Positions 1 through 10,291 of a stretch of DNA of 32,000 bases are shown piece by piece. How positions within the stretch are numbered: the first letter of the stretch is position 1; each line of letters opens with the position of its first letter. The position numbers and the translations under genes were made by a program. The stretch covers positions 8,574,327-8,606,326 of the forward strand of contig AP018172.1 of the NCBI GenBank assembly GCA_002368175.1, read 5' to 3'. Origin of the DNA: Calothrix sp. NIES-2098. Lineage in GTDB: Bacteria > Cyanobacteriota > Cyanobacteriia > Cyanobacteriales > Nostocaceae. Below the pieces are notes generated by a model, which worked only from the letters and a program-made list of their open reading frames with translations, was not told the origin of the DNA and ran no database searches.

Positions 1-1417
1 GATTAAATAACTGGCGCGCTTCTCTAACACTTTTGACCGTTCTGTCACTCATCTCCAGCACCATTATGCTGATGAGAGCTGCTAGTATTGCCAGCAATCC
101 ACCTAATACCTGTGTCAGTATTTTTTGCTTCTCTACAGGGCTATCTGGGGCTGAAGCCATCTCAACAATGCTGGCATTGCCTGTATTCTGCTGTTCTACA
201 ACTTGCACTTCTTGGAGTTTTTTCAGCAGGTTTTCGTAGCTCGATTGCGCTGCCTGTAAGCGTTGCTGTAACTCTCGCTGCCCCTGTTCTAGCTTAGGTA
301 AAAGTCTGGAACGCCGTTGATAAAGTTCTCTGGTATTAGAGAGGAGTTTAACTTGGCTAACTAAACCTAATCTTTCTACTTCGGTATCGACAAATTTTTG
401 AATTAGTTGTTGTTCAATTGCACCTATCTGTAAGTTTCTATTGGCTAAATTAAAGCGACCCAGAATATCTCTAGTACGTTCTTGCAAGATGGCTCGCAGT
501 GCAGTTTCTTTTTCTTTGATAGTAATGATAATGGGCGACTGCTCTTGATAAATTGCTCGCGCGCTAACTAACTGACTCTGGACGTCTTGATATTCTTTGA
601 CTGCCTGCTGCACGCTAGGAGATTGGCTCAGGGAACTAAGCGCGATCGCTGCATCGCTACTTAAACCGACTTTATCCCGCAGGGATGCTAGCCGAGAATT
701 AATATCGGCAAGCTGTGTTTGGGCTTTCGTAATTTCTTTTTCTAATTCTGACGCATTTGCCACAAGAGCTTTGGATTCTTCTTCTAGATTGGTAATCCCA
801 TTTCGCTCTTTGAAATTACGTAACTCTACATTTGCTTGCTGCATTGTCATTTCACTTTTGGGCAGTTGTTCAGCAATAACTTTCCGTGCTGCTGCTGCCT
901 GTTTTCGGCTTGACAGAATATTATTGTTAATATATACCTGCATCAATTTATTCACTACTGTTGCGGCAGTTTGCGGATTCTTCCCTTCAAAGGAAAGCTC
1001 TAAAATATCAGTTCCAGTAATTTGTTTGACCGCTAATCGCCACTGTAGATCGTCTGCTTTTAGCAGATTGCCATTGTTATTCTTTAACTGAAGTTGCGCA
1101 ATAACTTTTTCCAGCAAAGGAGCTGATAGAAGAACTTCTGATTCTGTCTTCATAGGACTACTTTGCAAAGTCAAAGGTGAAAATTGCCCTAAGTCAGTAC
1201 CCACACCTGTAAGTGAAGCAATTCGATCTACTTTTAATAAAAGTTTTCCCTGTGCTCGGTAGATTGGTTTTTGCAAAGAAGCAGACAACATCGATAAAAT
1301 TAGCACGAACGAGGAAACACAGACAGCAGGAAACCAACGGCGCTTCAAAATCAGCCAATATTGCTGTAAGTCTATTTCCAAAGAATCTAGTGAGACTGTT
1401 CGAGCTTTAGTTTTCAT
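1..1417 (-). CDS. Wzz/GumC/Wzc-like polysaccharide co-polymerase (chain-length determinant); N-terminal ~472 codons, 3' end runs off the window
   Basis: It is absent from the ORF track because it stays open to the window edge. Reading the reverse complement from the ATG (complement of 1415-1417) gives MKTKARTVSLDSLEIDLQQYWLILKRRWFPAVCVSSFVLILSML, a Wzz-type N-terminus plus TM helix. A long coiled-coil region follows (e.g. LADINSRLASLRDKVG, QRELQQRLQAAQSSYENLLKKLQEVQV). Then come a second TM helix (ILTQVLGGLLAILAALISIMVL) and the start of a cytoplasmic domain (EMSDRTVKSVREARQLFN). I saw no in-frame stop down to position 1. The four + strand ORFs at 33-1410 are antisense low-complexity. Confidence 0.85.
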   Translation of the reverse strand, partial: MKTKARTVSLDSLEIDLQQYWLILKRRWFPAVCVSSFVLILSMLSASLQKPIYRAQGKLLLKVDRIASLTGVGTDLGQFSPLTLQSSPMKTESEVLLSAPLLEKVIAQLQLKNNNGNLLKADDLQWRLAVKQITGTDILELSFEGKNPQTAATVVNKLMQVYINNNILSSRKQAAAARKVIAEQLPKSEMTMQQANVELRNFKERNGITNLEEESKALVANASELEKEITKAQTQLADINSRLASLRDKVGLSSDAAIALSSLSQSPSVQQAVKEYQDVQSQLVSARAIYQEQSPIIITIKEKETALRAILQERTRDILGRFNLANRNLQIGAIEQQLIQKFVDTEVERLGLVSQVKLLSNTRELYQRRSRLLPKLEQGQRELQQRLQAAQSSYENLLKKLQEVQVVEQQNTGNASIVEMASAPDSPVEKQKILTQVLGGLLAILAALISIMVLEMSDRTVKSVREARQLFN

Positions 1418-1538
1418 GCAAAGCCTAAAGAATTTATTACAAAGAATCAGAGCTAAAGTTTTCGATAAAACTTAAATAATTAGAACTAGATTGAAATAAT
1501 TTTCAATTTAGATTTAGCTAGGAAAATATATCGATATG

Positions 1539-2726
1539 CTAGTTTCTCGTAGTTAAAAAATAGGCTTTTCTTTTGATTTGATTGAAGTTATGAGGCATAT
1601 TGGAAATATCTCCATATAGTTTCAAGTTTTCAGTAGTAATCAAATTCCAGTTATACATCTGCATAATATGTCTTTTTGCATTAGTAGCCATTTCTGCTAG
1701 TTGTTGGGGATGATGAATTGCCCAGCCTAAAGAATTAATACAAGAGTCTAAATTGCCAGATTCAAACAGCACTCCCCGTTCCTCATTAATCAATTGCTGA
1801 TGAGGTGGGATATTGCTTGCTAGAACTGGGATACCTTCATGCATCGCCTCTAACATTGATAGAGGTAATCCTTCTAAATCAGAAGGAAGAACAAATAATC
1901 CGGCTCCGCGAACAATCTCCCAAAGACGATGTCCCCTAAGTTCACCAGCAAATACGATATTTCGATTATTTGCAACTTTTTCTAATAGGTTTGCAGTAAA
2001 TGATTTAGTATCGCTCACACCTCCAGCCAAAACAAGTTTCCACCCAAATGGTTTGAGAGCGCAGAAAGCATCTACAAGCAAGTCAGGGCGTTTTTCTGGT
2101 ACAAGTCTGCCCAAAAATAGAATGTAGCGCCCCTGTTTAAGGCCTAACTGTTTACCATAGGCAAAATTAGGGTCTGACTCTCCATAGGTGGCAGGAGCGT
2201 TGGGTATATAGGCTGTCTCGCGACCGTAGGTTTGCAAAAAGTATGTTTGCAGTGCTTCTGATACTACAACTAGTTCATGGGCGCAATTTACTGCGGTTTT
2301 CTCTCCCATTTGAAGCAAGCGAGTAGAAAAACTACCCCACTTAGCACGCTGCCAATCTAAACCGTGACAAGTAACTACAATCTTTGCAGATCTAAAAATT
2401 CTGGGTAAAAAAGTAAATAGAGATGGGCCGAGAGCATGAAAATGAACGATGTCATATTTCCTGTTATTGGCAGCTATTGCTCCCAATGCTGAGGTAAAAA
2501 AAGCGTCTATACCTCTGAAATCGATACTAGGTAGAGATATTACTCGGACGCCCTGAAACTTATAAGTTTCAAACCAAGAAGTTTGAGTATAGGAAGAGCG
2601 AGCGAATAAATCTACAGAGTGGCCTTGTGCAACCATACGAGGATAAATTTCTGCACAATAATGCTCAATTCCACCCTGTTTAGGAGGTAGACCCTTGGCA
2701 CCGATTACAGCAATTTTCATAGACAA
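1539..2726 (-). CDS. GT4-family glycosyltransferase
   Basis: 395-aa ORF. The N-terminus MKIAVIGAKGLPPKQGGIEHYC is typical of GT-B/GT4 enzymes. The C-terminal E-x7-E region is EGLPLSMLEAMHEGIPVLASN. It lies in a polysaccharide gene context. Confidence 0.9.
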   Translation of the reverse strand: MSMKIAVIGAKGLPPKQGGIEHYCAEIYPRMVAQGHSVDLFARSSYTQTSWFETYKFQGVRVISLPSIDFRGIDAFFTSALGAIAANNRKYDIVHFHALGPSLFTFLPRIFRSAKIVVTCHGLDWQRAKWGSFSTRLLQMGEKTAVNCAHELVVVSEALQTYFLQTYGRETAYIPNAPATYGESDPNFAYGKQLGLKQGRYILFLGRLVPEKRPDLLVDAFCALKPFGWKLVLAGGVSDTKSFTANLLEKVANNRNIVFAGELRGHRLWEIVRGAGLFVLPSDLEGLPLSMLEAMHEGIPVLASNIPPHQQLINEERGVLFESGNLDSCINSLGWAIHHPQQLAEMATNAKRHIMQMYNWNLITTENLKLYGDISNMPHNFNQIKRKAYFLTTRN

Positions 2727-2814
2727 AAGTTATTTTCTGCAAAAGTATCAATAGTAAAACTTGTGGATTTACAGCAGTATTACTACTTTTTTTCGATTGG
2801 TCTTGGTGTTGGGT

Positions 2815-4047
2815 TTAACTGCTAGTTGATGTAACTGCATAATTTCGCATCTCCCAGCGATTTAGCATTTCACTGTAAACATCTTTCACCACAGTCCGCG
2901 CTGCATAAGGCTGTGCTGCACGCACGCATGAAGTACTTGGGTAATTTTCGGAATGTAGAATTACTTGCTGTAAAGCAGCTGCTAACCTCTCTGGCGATCG
3001 CTGTTCGCAGACAACCCCATTGTCAGCAGTTAGTAATTTTGGCGTTTCACCACATCTAGTCGTAACTACTGGTGTTCCACTGGCAAGGGCTTCCAGAACT
3101 ACTAAAGGTAAACCTTCATAGGCACTGCTCAGGACAAACACGTTAGCGATCCGATGCAATCTCGCTAGTTCCTCTATGGGAATTGCTCCTAGCATCGTGA
3201 CCTGAGTAGACAATCCTAATTGAGCGATTTCTGTACGTACTGCTGTTGCTAACTCGCCATCACCCGCGATCAGGAGGTGAGTGTCTGGTTGATTTAAAGC
3301 TGCGATCGCACGTACTAACAAAATTGGATCTTTTTGCGGATGTAGCCGCCCTGCAAACAAGATAAACTTTGTTTCTTCGCTCAAACCCAATTTGTTTGCT
3401 AGTTCTCGTTTCTGCGCTTTCCGTTGTTCCTGACTTAAGGGATAGAAAATTTCGTTATCAAAGGAATTCTTGATATATGCGACTCGATCTTGGAGGTGAG
3501 GATACTGCTGTCTATACAATTGGGCTGAATCAGTATTACAAGAAAAAATCTGGCTAAACTGATTAACTAGCAAGCTTTCTAAAGCAAAATATGCTGTGGG
3601 AAACCTCCGCCACAAAATCGCATTTTTATCGCCTGCTGCTTGAGTTTGCGTGTGAATATCGTTATGAATAAATAAGGTTTTGTCGGCCTGCCAATTTAAA
3701 GCTGCTAAACTTGGTTCTAGACGATGAAAGTGCATAAAGTCTGAGGTAAAACTCCGTCCCAGCAGTGCTGCCGTATACTTAACTGTAGTTGGTATCAGAG
3801 TTCTGAAGTTATCATTTTCTAAGGTAAATAGCGGGAAAAAACTGATTTCTCTACCAGCTAATTCTGCTGCTTGCCACTTGCCAACTCTTTGAGTGCGATC
3901 GCATCCTGTCCCTACTAATCGCACCTCAAACTCACTAGGAGCGTATTTAATCAATGTATTTATAAGTGTTTGTATGCCACCAATAGTAGAGTGCCAAGGA
4001 TTAAATTGGTAGAAAATAGTTAGAACTGGTTTACGCATTACTTTCAA
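2815..4047 (-). CDS. GT4-family glycosyltransferase
   Basis: 410-aa ORF with the nucleotide-sugar binding region FAGRLHPQKDPILL and the E-x7-E motif EGLPLVVLEALASGTPVVTT. An alternative start is Met4 (nt 4038). Confidence 0.9.
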   Translation of the reverse strand: MKVMRKPVLTIFYQFNPWHSTIGGIQTLINTLIKYAPSEFEVRLVGTGCDRTQRVGKWQAAELAGREISFFPLFTLENDNFRTLIPTTVKYTAALLGRSFTSDFMHFHRLEPSLAALNWQADKTLFIHNDIHTQTQAAGDKNAILWRRFPTAYFALESLLVNQFSQIFSCNTDSAQLYRQQYPHLQDRVAYIKNSFDNEIFYPLSQEQRKAQKRELANKLGLSEETKFILFAGRLHPQKDPILLVRAIAALNQPDTHLLIAGDGELATAVRTEIAQLGLSTQVTMLGAIPIEELARLHRIANVFVLSSAYEGLPLVVLEALASGTPVVTTRCGETPKLLTADNGVVCEQRSPERLAAALQQVILHSENYPSTSCVRAAQPYAARTVVKDVYSEMLNRWEMRNYAVTSTSS

Positions 4048-4529
4048 AATAGCCGTATTTTTGCTAAATATATTTTTTTGATAATTATTTCATAACTCAG
4101 TATTCAGTATTTTCTACAGCATCTCTTGAAAACATAATAGACAAAACTATCTGTAGATAGTGTCCTACACAGATATCAAAATATCCACTTAGTTATCCGA
4201 TTGGATAGTGACTCAGGGAATACAGAATTTAGTAGGGTTGTACCTGATAATATTAACCTAGAATAATTTCTCGACTTCACTTAAAATTTACTTGATTTTA
4301 GGCTTACCTCATCAAAATTTAAATTTTTGATATATATTTTTTTTTATAAAAATGCTGATTTGGCTCTAATTTGCAACAAAAACATTTCCTTGAAGGAAAA
4401 TTTGATAACTCTTGTGGATTGATAGTTTTATTTTTCCAAATTTATTTAGTAATATGAATGAAATCATTGAAATCATATTCAATGAGATTATTTGCTTGAT
4501 GTATAACTACTGGTTTAGGGGTGTATTAG

Positions 4530-6056
4530 ATGATATTAGCTATTAGCTTGTTAAGCTTAAAAGCTAAGTCAAACCAAAGTAACATTCGTTTATTGACTCG
4601 TGTATACCTTAGCTTTGGTCTGTTGGTGTGCTTTTTAGTGTTGCAACAAGGCTGGAACTTTTGGTTACTGTTCCTCAATCAAAACGCAGCTAATTGTATA
4701 ACCAATACTCTACAGGTAGAGCGTGAAACACAACATCTACTTAATGAATTGAGAGATGAGGAAAGAGCTACCCAGCAGCCTTACTATAGCCCGATGAGAA
4801 CCACCTTCTCAAACAACCTCGATAGGCTATCCCATCTTTTGCAAGATATGCCTACTCTCAAGACTCAACAGATTCATAAGATTAAATATCTCTATAATAA
4901 TTGGCACAGCCAAGTAAGGCAAAGGCGTATCCTTGAACCTATTCACAGCCTTACTACCGAGGAACAGGTTTCATTAATATCTATAATTAATAATATTCAA
5001 CTGCTGTCGGAGCAATACGAGCAACTTTTGCAAGAGCGCAGACACGATCTACTGCAACTATACCGTATATACACGGTTGTTAATATCGCCAGTACAATCT
5101 TGATTTTGCTAGTAATCAGCGGGAATATCTATTTTTTATATCAAAGAGTTGAGCTTCCCCTTCGTAATTTGATGAGGATAGGCGAGCTGTGGCAAGCGGG
5201 TCAGCTTGAAGCCCGACTCGGCTATGCTTCTGCTGATGAAATTGGTCGCCTCACTGAAATTCTCAATTCAATGGCTAACAAGGCTAGCCAGCGACAGCAA
5301 AACCTGAAAGCAAAAAACCAAAAACTTGAAGATCTGATTTCTGCTCTCTCCCATGACTTGCGTACCCCTCTCTTGGCTACTCGTAATACTTTGGACTGTA
5401 TGCTGAAAGGCGCTTTTGGATATGTCAGCCATTCCTTCAAGGAGGTGCTTGAAGAGTACCGACAAGCTAACGAAGATCTTCTCCAACTTGTGGAAACTCT
5501 GTTGGACATTTCCCGATATGAAAATACTAATAAGACTCATAATAAATTAATCTGCAATTCCCTAAATTGGGAAAACATATTGGCTAAAGTAATTACTTTA
5601 ATAGAAAGCACCTCTGATAAAAAAATAATCTTTACTTGTAAAATCTCGCCATCGCTGCCAGCTGTTTATGCTAATAGCTCAGAAATCCAACGGGTTTTGC
5701 AAAATCTATTGGATAACGCTGTGCGAGTGAGCCAGCCAAATACAGAAATTGTGCTTGAGGTAGTCACGCTAGGAGATACTCAAATAAAGGTCTCTGTCCA
5801 AGATCGCGGCCCAGGTATTACAGCGATAGAGAAGGAAAAACTCTTCCATCGCTTTATTCAAGGAAGAGGTCGGCGGGGAAAATCTGGGCTTGGTCTTTAC
5901 TTGTGTCGTCAAATTATCCAGAATCACGGAGGCTTGATTGGTGTTGATAGTGTTCTTGGAGAAGGTAGTACATTCTGGTTTACTTTACCAGTGGCTAAAG
6001 AAAAAGCTGAGATCCAGAATAAAGAACAACAGATTTTAGATAAACATGTACTGTGA
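4530..6056 (+). CDS. Membrane sensor histidine kinase (CHASE3-like periplasmic region, HAMP, HisKA, HATPase_c)
   Basis: 508 aa with two TM segments (LSFGLLVCFLVLQQ and IYTVVNIASTILILLVISGNIYFLY). HAMP-like segment: LPLRNLMRIGELWQAGQLEARLGYASADEIGRLTEILNSMA. H-box: ISALSHDLRTPL. N-box: NLLDNAVRVS. G1: DRGPGI. G2: GLGLYLCRQI. Confidence 0.92.
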   Translation: MILAISLLSLKAKSNQSNIRLLTRVYLSFGLLVCFLVLQQGWNFWLLFLNQNAANCITNTLQVERETQHLLNELRDEERATQQPYYSPMRTTFSNNLDRLSHLLQDMPTLKTQQIHKIKYLYNNWHSQVRQRRILEPIHSLTTEEQVSLISIINNIQLLSEQYEQLLQERRHDLLQLYRIYTVVNIASTILILLVISGNIYFLYQRVELPLRNLMRIGELWQAGQLEARLGYASADEIGRLTEILNSMANKASQRQQNLKAKNQKLEDLISALSHDLRTPLLATRNTLDCMLKGAFGYVSHSFKEVLEEYRQANEDLLQLVETLLDISRYENTNKTHNKLICNSLNWENILAKVITLIESTSDKKIIFTCKISPSLPAVYANSSEIQRVLQNLLDNAVRVSQPNTEIVLEVVTLGDTQIKVSVQDRGPGITAIEKEKLFHRFIQGRGRRGKSGLGLYLCRQIIQNHGGLIGVDSVLGEGSTFWFTLPVAKEKAEIQNKEQQILDKHVL

Positions 6057-6231
6057 TTTAAATATCATATTTCCCTGATATTTAAGGTGAAATTACTTAA
6101 GTTTAGCGAAACTTAAACACACTTCATCTAACCTTGATAGTTATGACTCTAAGCCTGGCAATAGTATTATGAGGGTTGGCAAGCATAAGTGCTTAAATAT
6201 ACAAGTACAAAAAGCAATATCTAGGAAAATT

Positions 6232-6909
6232 ATGGCTGATAGTGTTGAATTTAAAACTATAAAAGTTCTAGTAGTTGATGACCATCCCTTGATCCGCCGA
6301 GGCATGAAAGGGCAATTTTCCCTAGAAACAGGCTTTACTGTGGTTGGCGAAGCAGAGGATGGTGCCCAAGCTATTAAATTAGCAGCACAACTTCAGCCAG
6401 ATGTAATTTTAATGGATATCGATCTTCCCGATATAGATGGGATAACAGCTACGCAGAAGATCAAAAGTGACCAGACTGCTATTCGGATTCTTGCCTTGAG
6501 TGCATTTGATGACGATACCCAAGTGGTAGGGATGCTTGCAGCTGGAGCCGATGGCTATTGCCTAAAAAGCATTAAATGGGAACAACTGGTTGCTGTTATC
6601 CAATTAGTGCTCCAAGGTGGTGCTTATCTAGATCCTTCAATAGCGCAAAAGGTTGCAAGGATGCTCAAGCCAAGTTTTGTTTCTCAAGATACCCGCGCAT
6701 CTGAAGGGAATCAGCGACCGATTCTTAGTAGTCGCGAGCGCGAAGTTTTGAAATTAATTGCTCAAGGATACTCAAACCAAGAAATAGCTGATGAACTCTA
6801 CCTCTCATTAGGAACTGTCAAATCTTATGTACGTATGCTCTTGAATAAACTCAGCGTTGACGATCGCGTCCAAGCAGCAGCCATAGCTGTACGTGAGGGG
6901 TTAATTTAA
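6232..6909 (+). CDS. NarL/LuxR-family response regulator (canonical receiver + HTH)
   Basis: The ORF track starts at 6169. The ATG at 6232 (MADSVEFKTIKVLVVDDHP), preceded by AGGAAA, is the more likely start. The receiver has the DD pair, the phospho-acceptor context VILMDIDLPDIDG, LALSAF, and GADGYCLKS. The C-terminal LuxR HTH is LSSREREVLKLIAQGYSNQEIADELYLSLGTVKSYV. It sits directly downstream of the kinase. Confidence 0.92.
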   Translation: MADSVEFKTIKVLVVDDHPLIRRGMKGQFSLETGFTVVGEAEDGAQAIKLAAQLQPDVILMDIDLPDIDGITATQKIKSDQTAIRILALSAFDDDTQVVGMLAAGADGYCLKSIKWEQLVAVIQLVLQGGAYLDPSIAQKVARMLKPSFVSQDTRASEGNQRPILSSREREVLKLIAQGYSNQEIADELYLSLGTVKSYVRMLLNKLSVDDRVQAAAIAVREGLI

Positions 6910-7220
6910 ACTGGGACAACTTCACATAAAAGCTCATACAGATCTTTCGGGTTATTCACAAATGGTAGCCTCAGATCCGCAAACGTGAGATTATCTGACC
7001 ACAAAATGTAAGGCTGGCGTATTTGATGCTGGAAACTCTCAGGTATAGGCAAACATAGAACTAAGATATCGGGAGCAAACAGATTCATCTCTTCGTTAGT
7101 AGGGATTCCATAGTACGGAAGCACATGTGGACTCTTCTTCAGGCAATAACTACTGACTCGCTGTACTGTAGTGATGTTGCTACCAACGATCATAATTCGA
7201 TGTAATTGCATGATTGGCAA
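6906..7220 (-). CDS. Hypothetical small protein, possibly a degenerate receiver-like (CheY-fold) domain
   Basis: 104-aa ORF that overlaps the regulator tail-to-tail by 4 nt. Its pattern RIMIVGSN...PDILVLCLPIP...PYILWSD loosely follows the beta1/beta3/beta4 strands of a receiver. The acidic pocket and the phospho-acceptor Asp are missing (a Cys occupies that position). There is no other support. Confidence 0.4.
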   Translation of the reverse strand: MPIMQLHRIMIVGSNITTVQRVSSYCLKKSPHVLPYYGIPTNEEMNLFAPDILVLCLPIPESFQHQIRQPYILWSDNLTFADLRLPFVNNPKDLYELLCEVVPV

Positions 7221-8033
7221 ATAAATTACTTAAATATTTTTTTGGCAAGGAGTTTGGATTATACATTATATATCTGTCAAGAGATTAAATAAATTATTTA
7301 ATATTTCTTTAAGGAAATAAATGGGAATCAACAATCTTCCTAGAAATAGGAAACTTCTACATTTTTATGAATTCTTAATCTAAAAATTATTCTCACAGAA
7401 ATATTTTAATTATCAATCGCTACTAATTCACAAAAATTATCGTTCCAGCTTTGAGTATATCTTAATAAAAATCTACACCGAGGCAATAAATCTCTGTGAA
7501 GAGTAGATTTATTATGAATTTAAATATAAACCTTATGCTACATCCAAGTGGATAACTTGCTGGATAGGTTTATGCTTACTTAAGGATACTGTATATATCT
7601 AACTCTAAGTAGCCATTAGATAGTATTTCCTCAATCTGTAGGCATAGGAAACTGTAATAGCACCTAGGAAAATTTTTAGTAGCTGTTAAATCTTGATTTT
7701 GTCATTAAGTATGAATATGTAATGCAGTGGACTTCAAGCTTTTTATAGATAAATACTCTAATTATGTTTAAAGTTCGACTTCTCAGGAATTTATCGAAAT
7801 TTGTGCAATTTAGACATATAGCCGTACTTTCAGGAGATTACTTCTAAGCAACTTTACTGGCTGGAAATTACAACAATGTCCCAAAATTAATAAGCAATAA
7901 CTACCTTCATTGCAAATATCCCCAAGAACGCTTTTGCGATAGCCGTATTTTGGCGCAGCCGACAGAGTCATTAGGTGAAACGACCTTTTAGGTGGCTAAA
8001 TTCGGAAGCTGACTCACTGAAACTATAATTAAC

Positions 8034-8726
8034 ATGCCTAAACGTTCTCATAACCACTCTATTCATGGATCGCTTATAGACGAAGCCTATAAATCTCATT
8101 TAGCGAGTCTGCCGGTTCATCCTTCTGTCACCAGCAAGGTGAAGCGCATAATTGACATTCTCGGTGCTGCAATCGGACTAGGAATTACAGGCTTGGTAAT
8201 AATTCCTGTTACTATAGCGATTCAACTAGATAATCCTGGCCCCATCTTTTACAGTCAGATTCGCTGTGGTCTGAATGGCAAATCCTTTAGGATCTGGAAA
8301 TTTCGTTCTATGGTTGTCGGCGCAGATCGACACAAGCATCTGGTGAAGAATGAAGCGAAAGACCATCATATCTTCAAAAATCAGAATGACCCTCGGATTA
8401 CCCGTGTAGGCAGGTTTTTACGCCGCACCAGCATAGACGAACTTCCTCAGTTCTGGAACGTACTACGAGGGGAAATGAGTTTAGTTGGTACTCGACCACC
8501 GACTCCCGATGAAGTGATGCATTACTCAAATCACCACTGGCAAAGGCTGAATGTCAAACCAGGAATGACTGGAGAATGGCAGGCTAATGGACGATCTAGT
8601 ATTAAGTCGTTTGAAGAGATTGTGCGGATGGATTTAGATTATCAATATAAATGGTCTATTACCTATGATGTTAGTTTGATACTGAAAACGCTAAAGGTTG
8701 TGTTTAATAGGAATGGTGCTTTTTGA
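8034..8726 (+). CDS. Priming sugar transferase (undecaprenyl-phosphate hexose-1-phosphate transferase, EpsL/WcaJ C-terminal-domain type)
   Basis: 230 aa with one TM helix (IIDILGAAIGLGITGLVIIPVTIAI). Hallmarks of the bacterial sugar transferase family follow: PGPIFYSQIRCGLNGKSFRIWKFRSM and DELPQFWNVLRGEMSLVGTRPP. Confidence 0.92.
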   Translation: MPKRSHNHSIHGSLIDEAYKSHLASLPVHPSVTSKVKRIIDILGAAIGLGITGLVIIPVTIAIQLDNPGPIFYSQIRCGLNGKSFRIWKFRSMVVGADRHKHLVKNEAKDHHIFKNQNDPRITRVGRFLRRTSIDELPQFWNVLRGEMSLVGTRPPTPDEVMHYSNHHWQRLNVKPGMTGEWQANGRSSIKSFEEIVRMDLDYQYKWSITYDVSLILKTLKVVFNRNGAF

Positions 8727-8746
8727 TAGGGTTTGTATAAATAGTA

Positions 8747-10291
8747 TTACTTGCGGGTATAACGATGCTTCACCCCAATAGGGAAATATTCTGCGTCACC
8801 AGTGGGAGCTAATGCAACTTGTGGCATTTGATATTCTTTTGGAACGTAGTTAGCAAATTCGCTATTAAGACGTAAAAGTTGCGAGAGAATGGAAGATGCG
8901 ATCGCAACTCTTTTGTCTTCGCTAGCTTCTACTCCTGGTGCTAACTCTACGACTATAGATAAAAATCGGTTTTTGTCTGCGTCTTCTTTAACTTGCAAGA
9001 CAAATTTACCTGTTACCCAGTCGGGAATTGGCGATCGCTCTAAACCTACTGTGACATTTTCTGGATAGATATTTGCACCAAAGTAAGAAACTGTAAAATT
9101 AGAACGTCCGAAGACATATACAAAAGGTAGGGCGCGAATACCTCTAGTGGCTTGATTGTCAACGCAGAGATGTTCATCTTGAAGCGGATCGAATCCCCAT
9201 TGTGCCAAAAATTTCAGCATGGCATCGTAATTAATTACCCCACCTGTATCTAAGATGTTATAACGCACCAGAGGAATACCATTGTTTCCCGAAAACAGCA
9301 ATGTGCCATCCTGCACTTCAAAAAAGCGACTGATAGGGTCGTATTGTACTAATGTTGGCAGTCGAGATTCGCCAAATAAAGCTTTCGCTGCATCGGGATG
9401 TTGTGCCAAAAAACGACGAATGCAGATACTCAAAGGTGTTTCATTACCTAACACACCTGCATCAGCAGTTCCATAAAGTGATGCAAAGTCATAGCAGGGA
9501 TTTTGCGAACCGATTCTTTCACCTACCAAACTCCGCCATTCTTCACTAAAGACTTCTCCTGCCATCACCAACTTAATATGATATTGCTGCCACTGCACGT
9601 TTCGAGCAATTCCGGTATCAATTACATCTTTCAGGAATGGGGGATAACCCAACAAAACAACTTGGTCAAATCCTAAAGCAAGTTCCTGAACGGCACGCAA
9701 GATTTCTTCTTTATTATTCCCTGGTGTAATTACAGTTACAGGATAACCTTTGCTGGCAAGATAGCGACAGCAATTAGTGGTAAACATTCCACCTACCCAT
9801 GTACCCAAAGTGAAGCAAATCACCGCTAAGGTGCGTCTGGTATCTGCATAGAAACTATCGTGAAAAATTTGCTCAAAGCGGGTGGCGATTTGCAGTTCAT
9901 CTGCGAAGAAACGCGGCCAGAATGTGGGTTTACCTGTGGAACCGGAGGAAGCCGCTATCATGTCGCATTCTGATAACTTCCCATTGCGGCACAAGTCAGC
10001 TAGAGGATAACGCGAGATATAATTTTCTTTGGCGATCGCGGGTAAGTTTTGAAAATCTTCTAAACTTTGGATAGTCGCTGGATCGATTCCCCGTTCTGCC
10101 AGAAAAGCTTTGTAAGCTGGAACATGAGCAGCCACATCACGAAATAAAGCCAAAATCGCTGATTCCTTTGGTGTTTCTAGATGCTGTTGTAGTAGGGTAT
10201 CTAGGGGTGTAGATAAAAAATCACCAAACGCTGTAATTGCTCTTTGCTGTTGTGATGTGCTGTTCATGATGCTTTTTCTAGAGTGCGACAA
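8747..10291 (-). CDS. CapK/PaaK-like adenylate-forming enzyme (phenylacetate-CoA ligase family)
   Basis: 514 aa. The AMP-binding P-loop-like motif is AASSGSTGKPTFWPR. The overall layout fits the COG1541 family, which is frequent in capsule and EPS loci. It converges on the sugar transferase gene. Confidence 0.8.
   Translation of the reverse strand: MSHSRKSIMNSTSQQQRAITAFGDFLSTPLDTLLQQHLETPKESAILALFRDVAAHVPAYKAFLAERGIDPATIQSLEDFQNLPAIAKENYISRYPLADLCRNGKLSECDMIAASSGSTGKPTFWPRFFADELQIATRFEQIFHDSFYADTRRTLAVICFTLGTWVGGMFTTNCCRYLASKGYPVTVITPGNNKEEILRAVQELALGFDQVVLLGYPPFLKDVIDTGIARNVQWQQYHIKLVMAGEVFSEEWRSLVGERIGSQNPCYDFASLYGTADAGVLGNETPLSICIRRFLAQHPDAAKALFGESRLPTLVQYDPISRFFEVQDGTLLFSGNNGIPLVRYNILDTGGVINYDAMLKFLAQWGFDPLQDEHLCVDNQATRGIRALPFVYVFGRSNFTVSYFGANIYPENVTVGLERSPIPDWVTGKFVLQVKEDADKNRFLSIVVELAPGVEASEDKRVAIASSILSQLLRLNSEFANYVPKEYQMPQVALAPTGDAEYFPIGVKHRYTRK

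Noticed and set aside
33-1410. Four + strand ORFs (33-239, 88-297, 597-1091, 1213-1410)
   Set aside because: They are antisense to a continuous minus-strand Wzz/Wzc-like reading frame with clear family features. Their translations are Ser/Cys/Leu/Ala-rich low complexity.
7221-8033. Riboswitch or ncRNA in the 0.8-kb spacer upstream of the sugar transferase
   Set aside because: I could not recognise any known riboswitch consensus or stable conserved-looking structure by eye. It is left unannotated.
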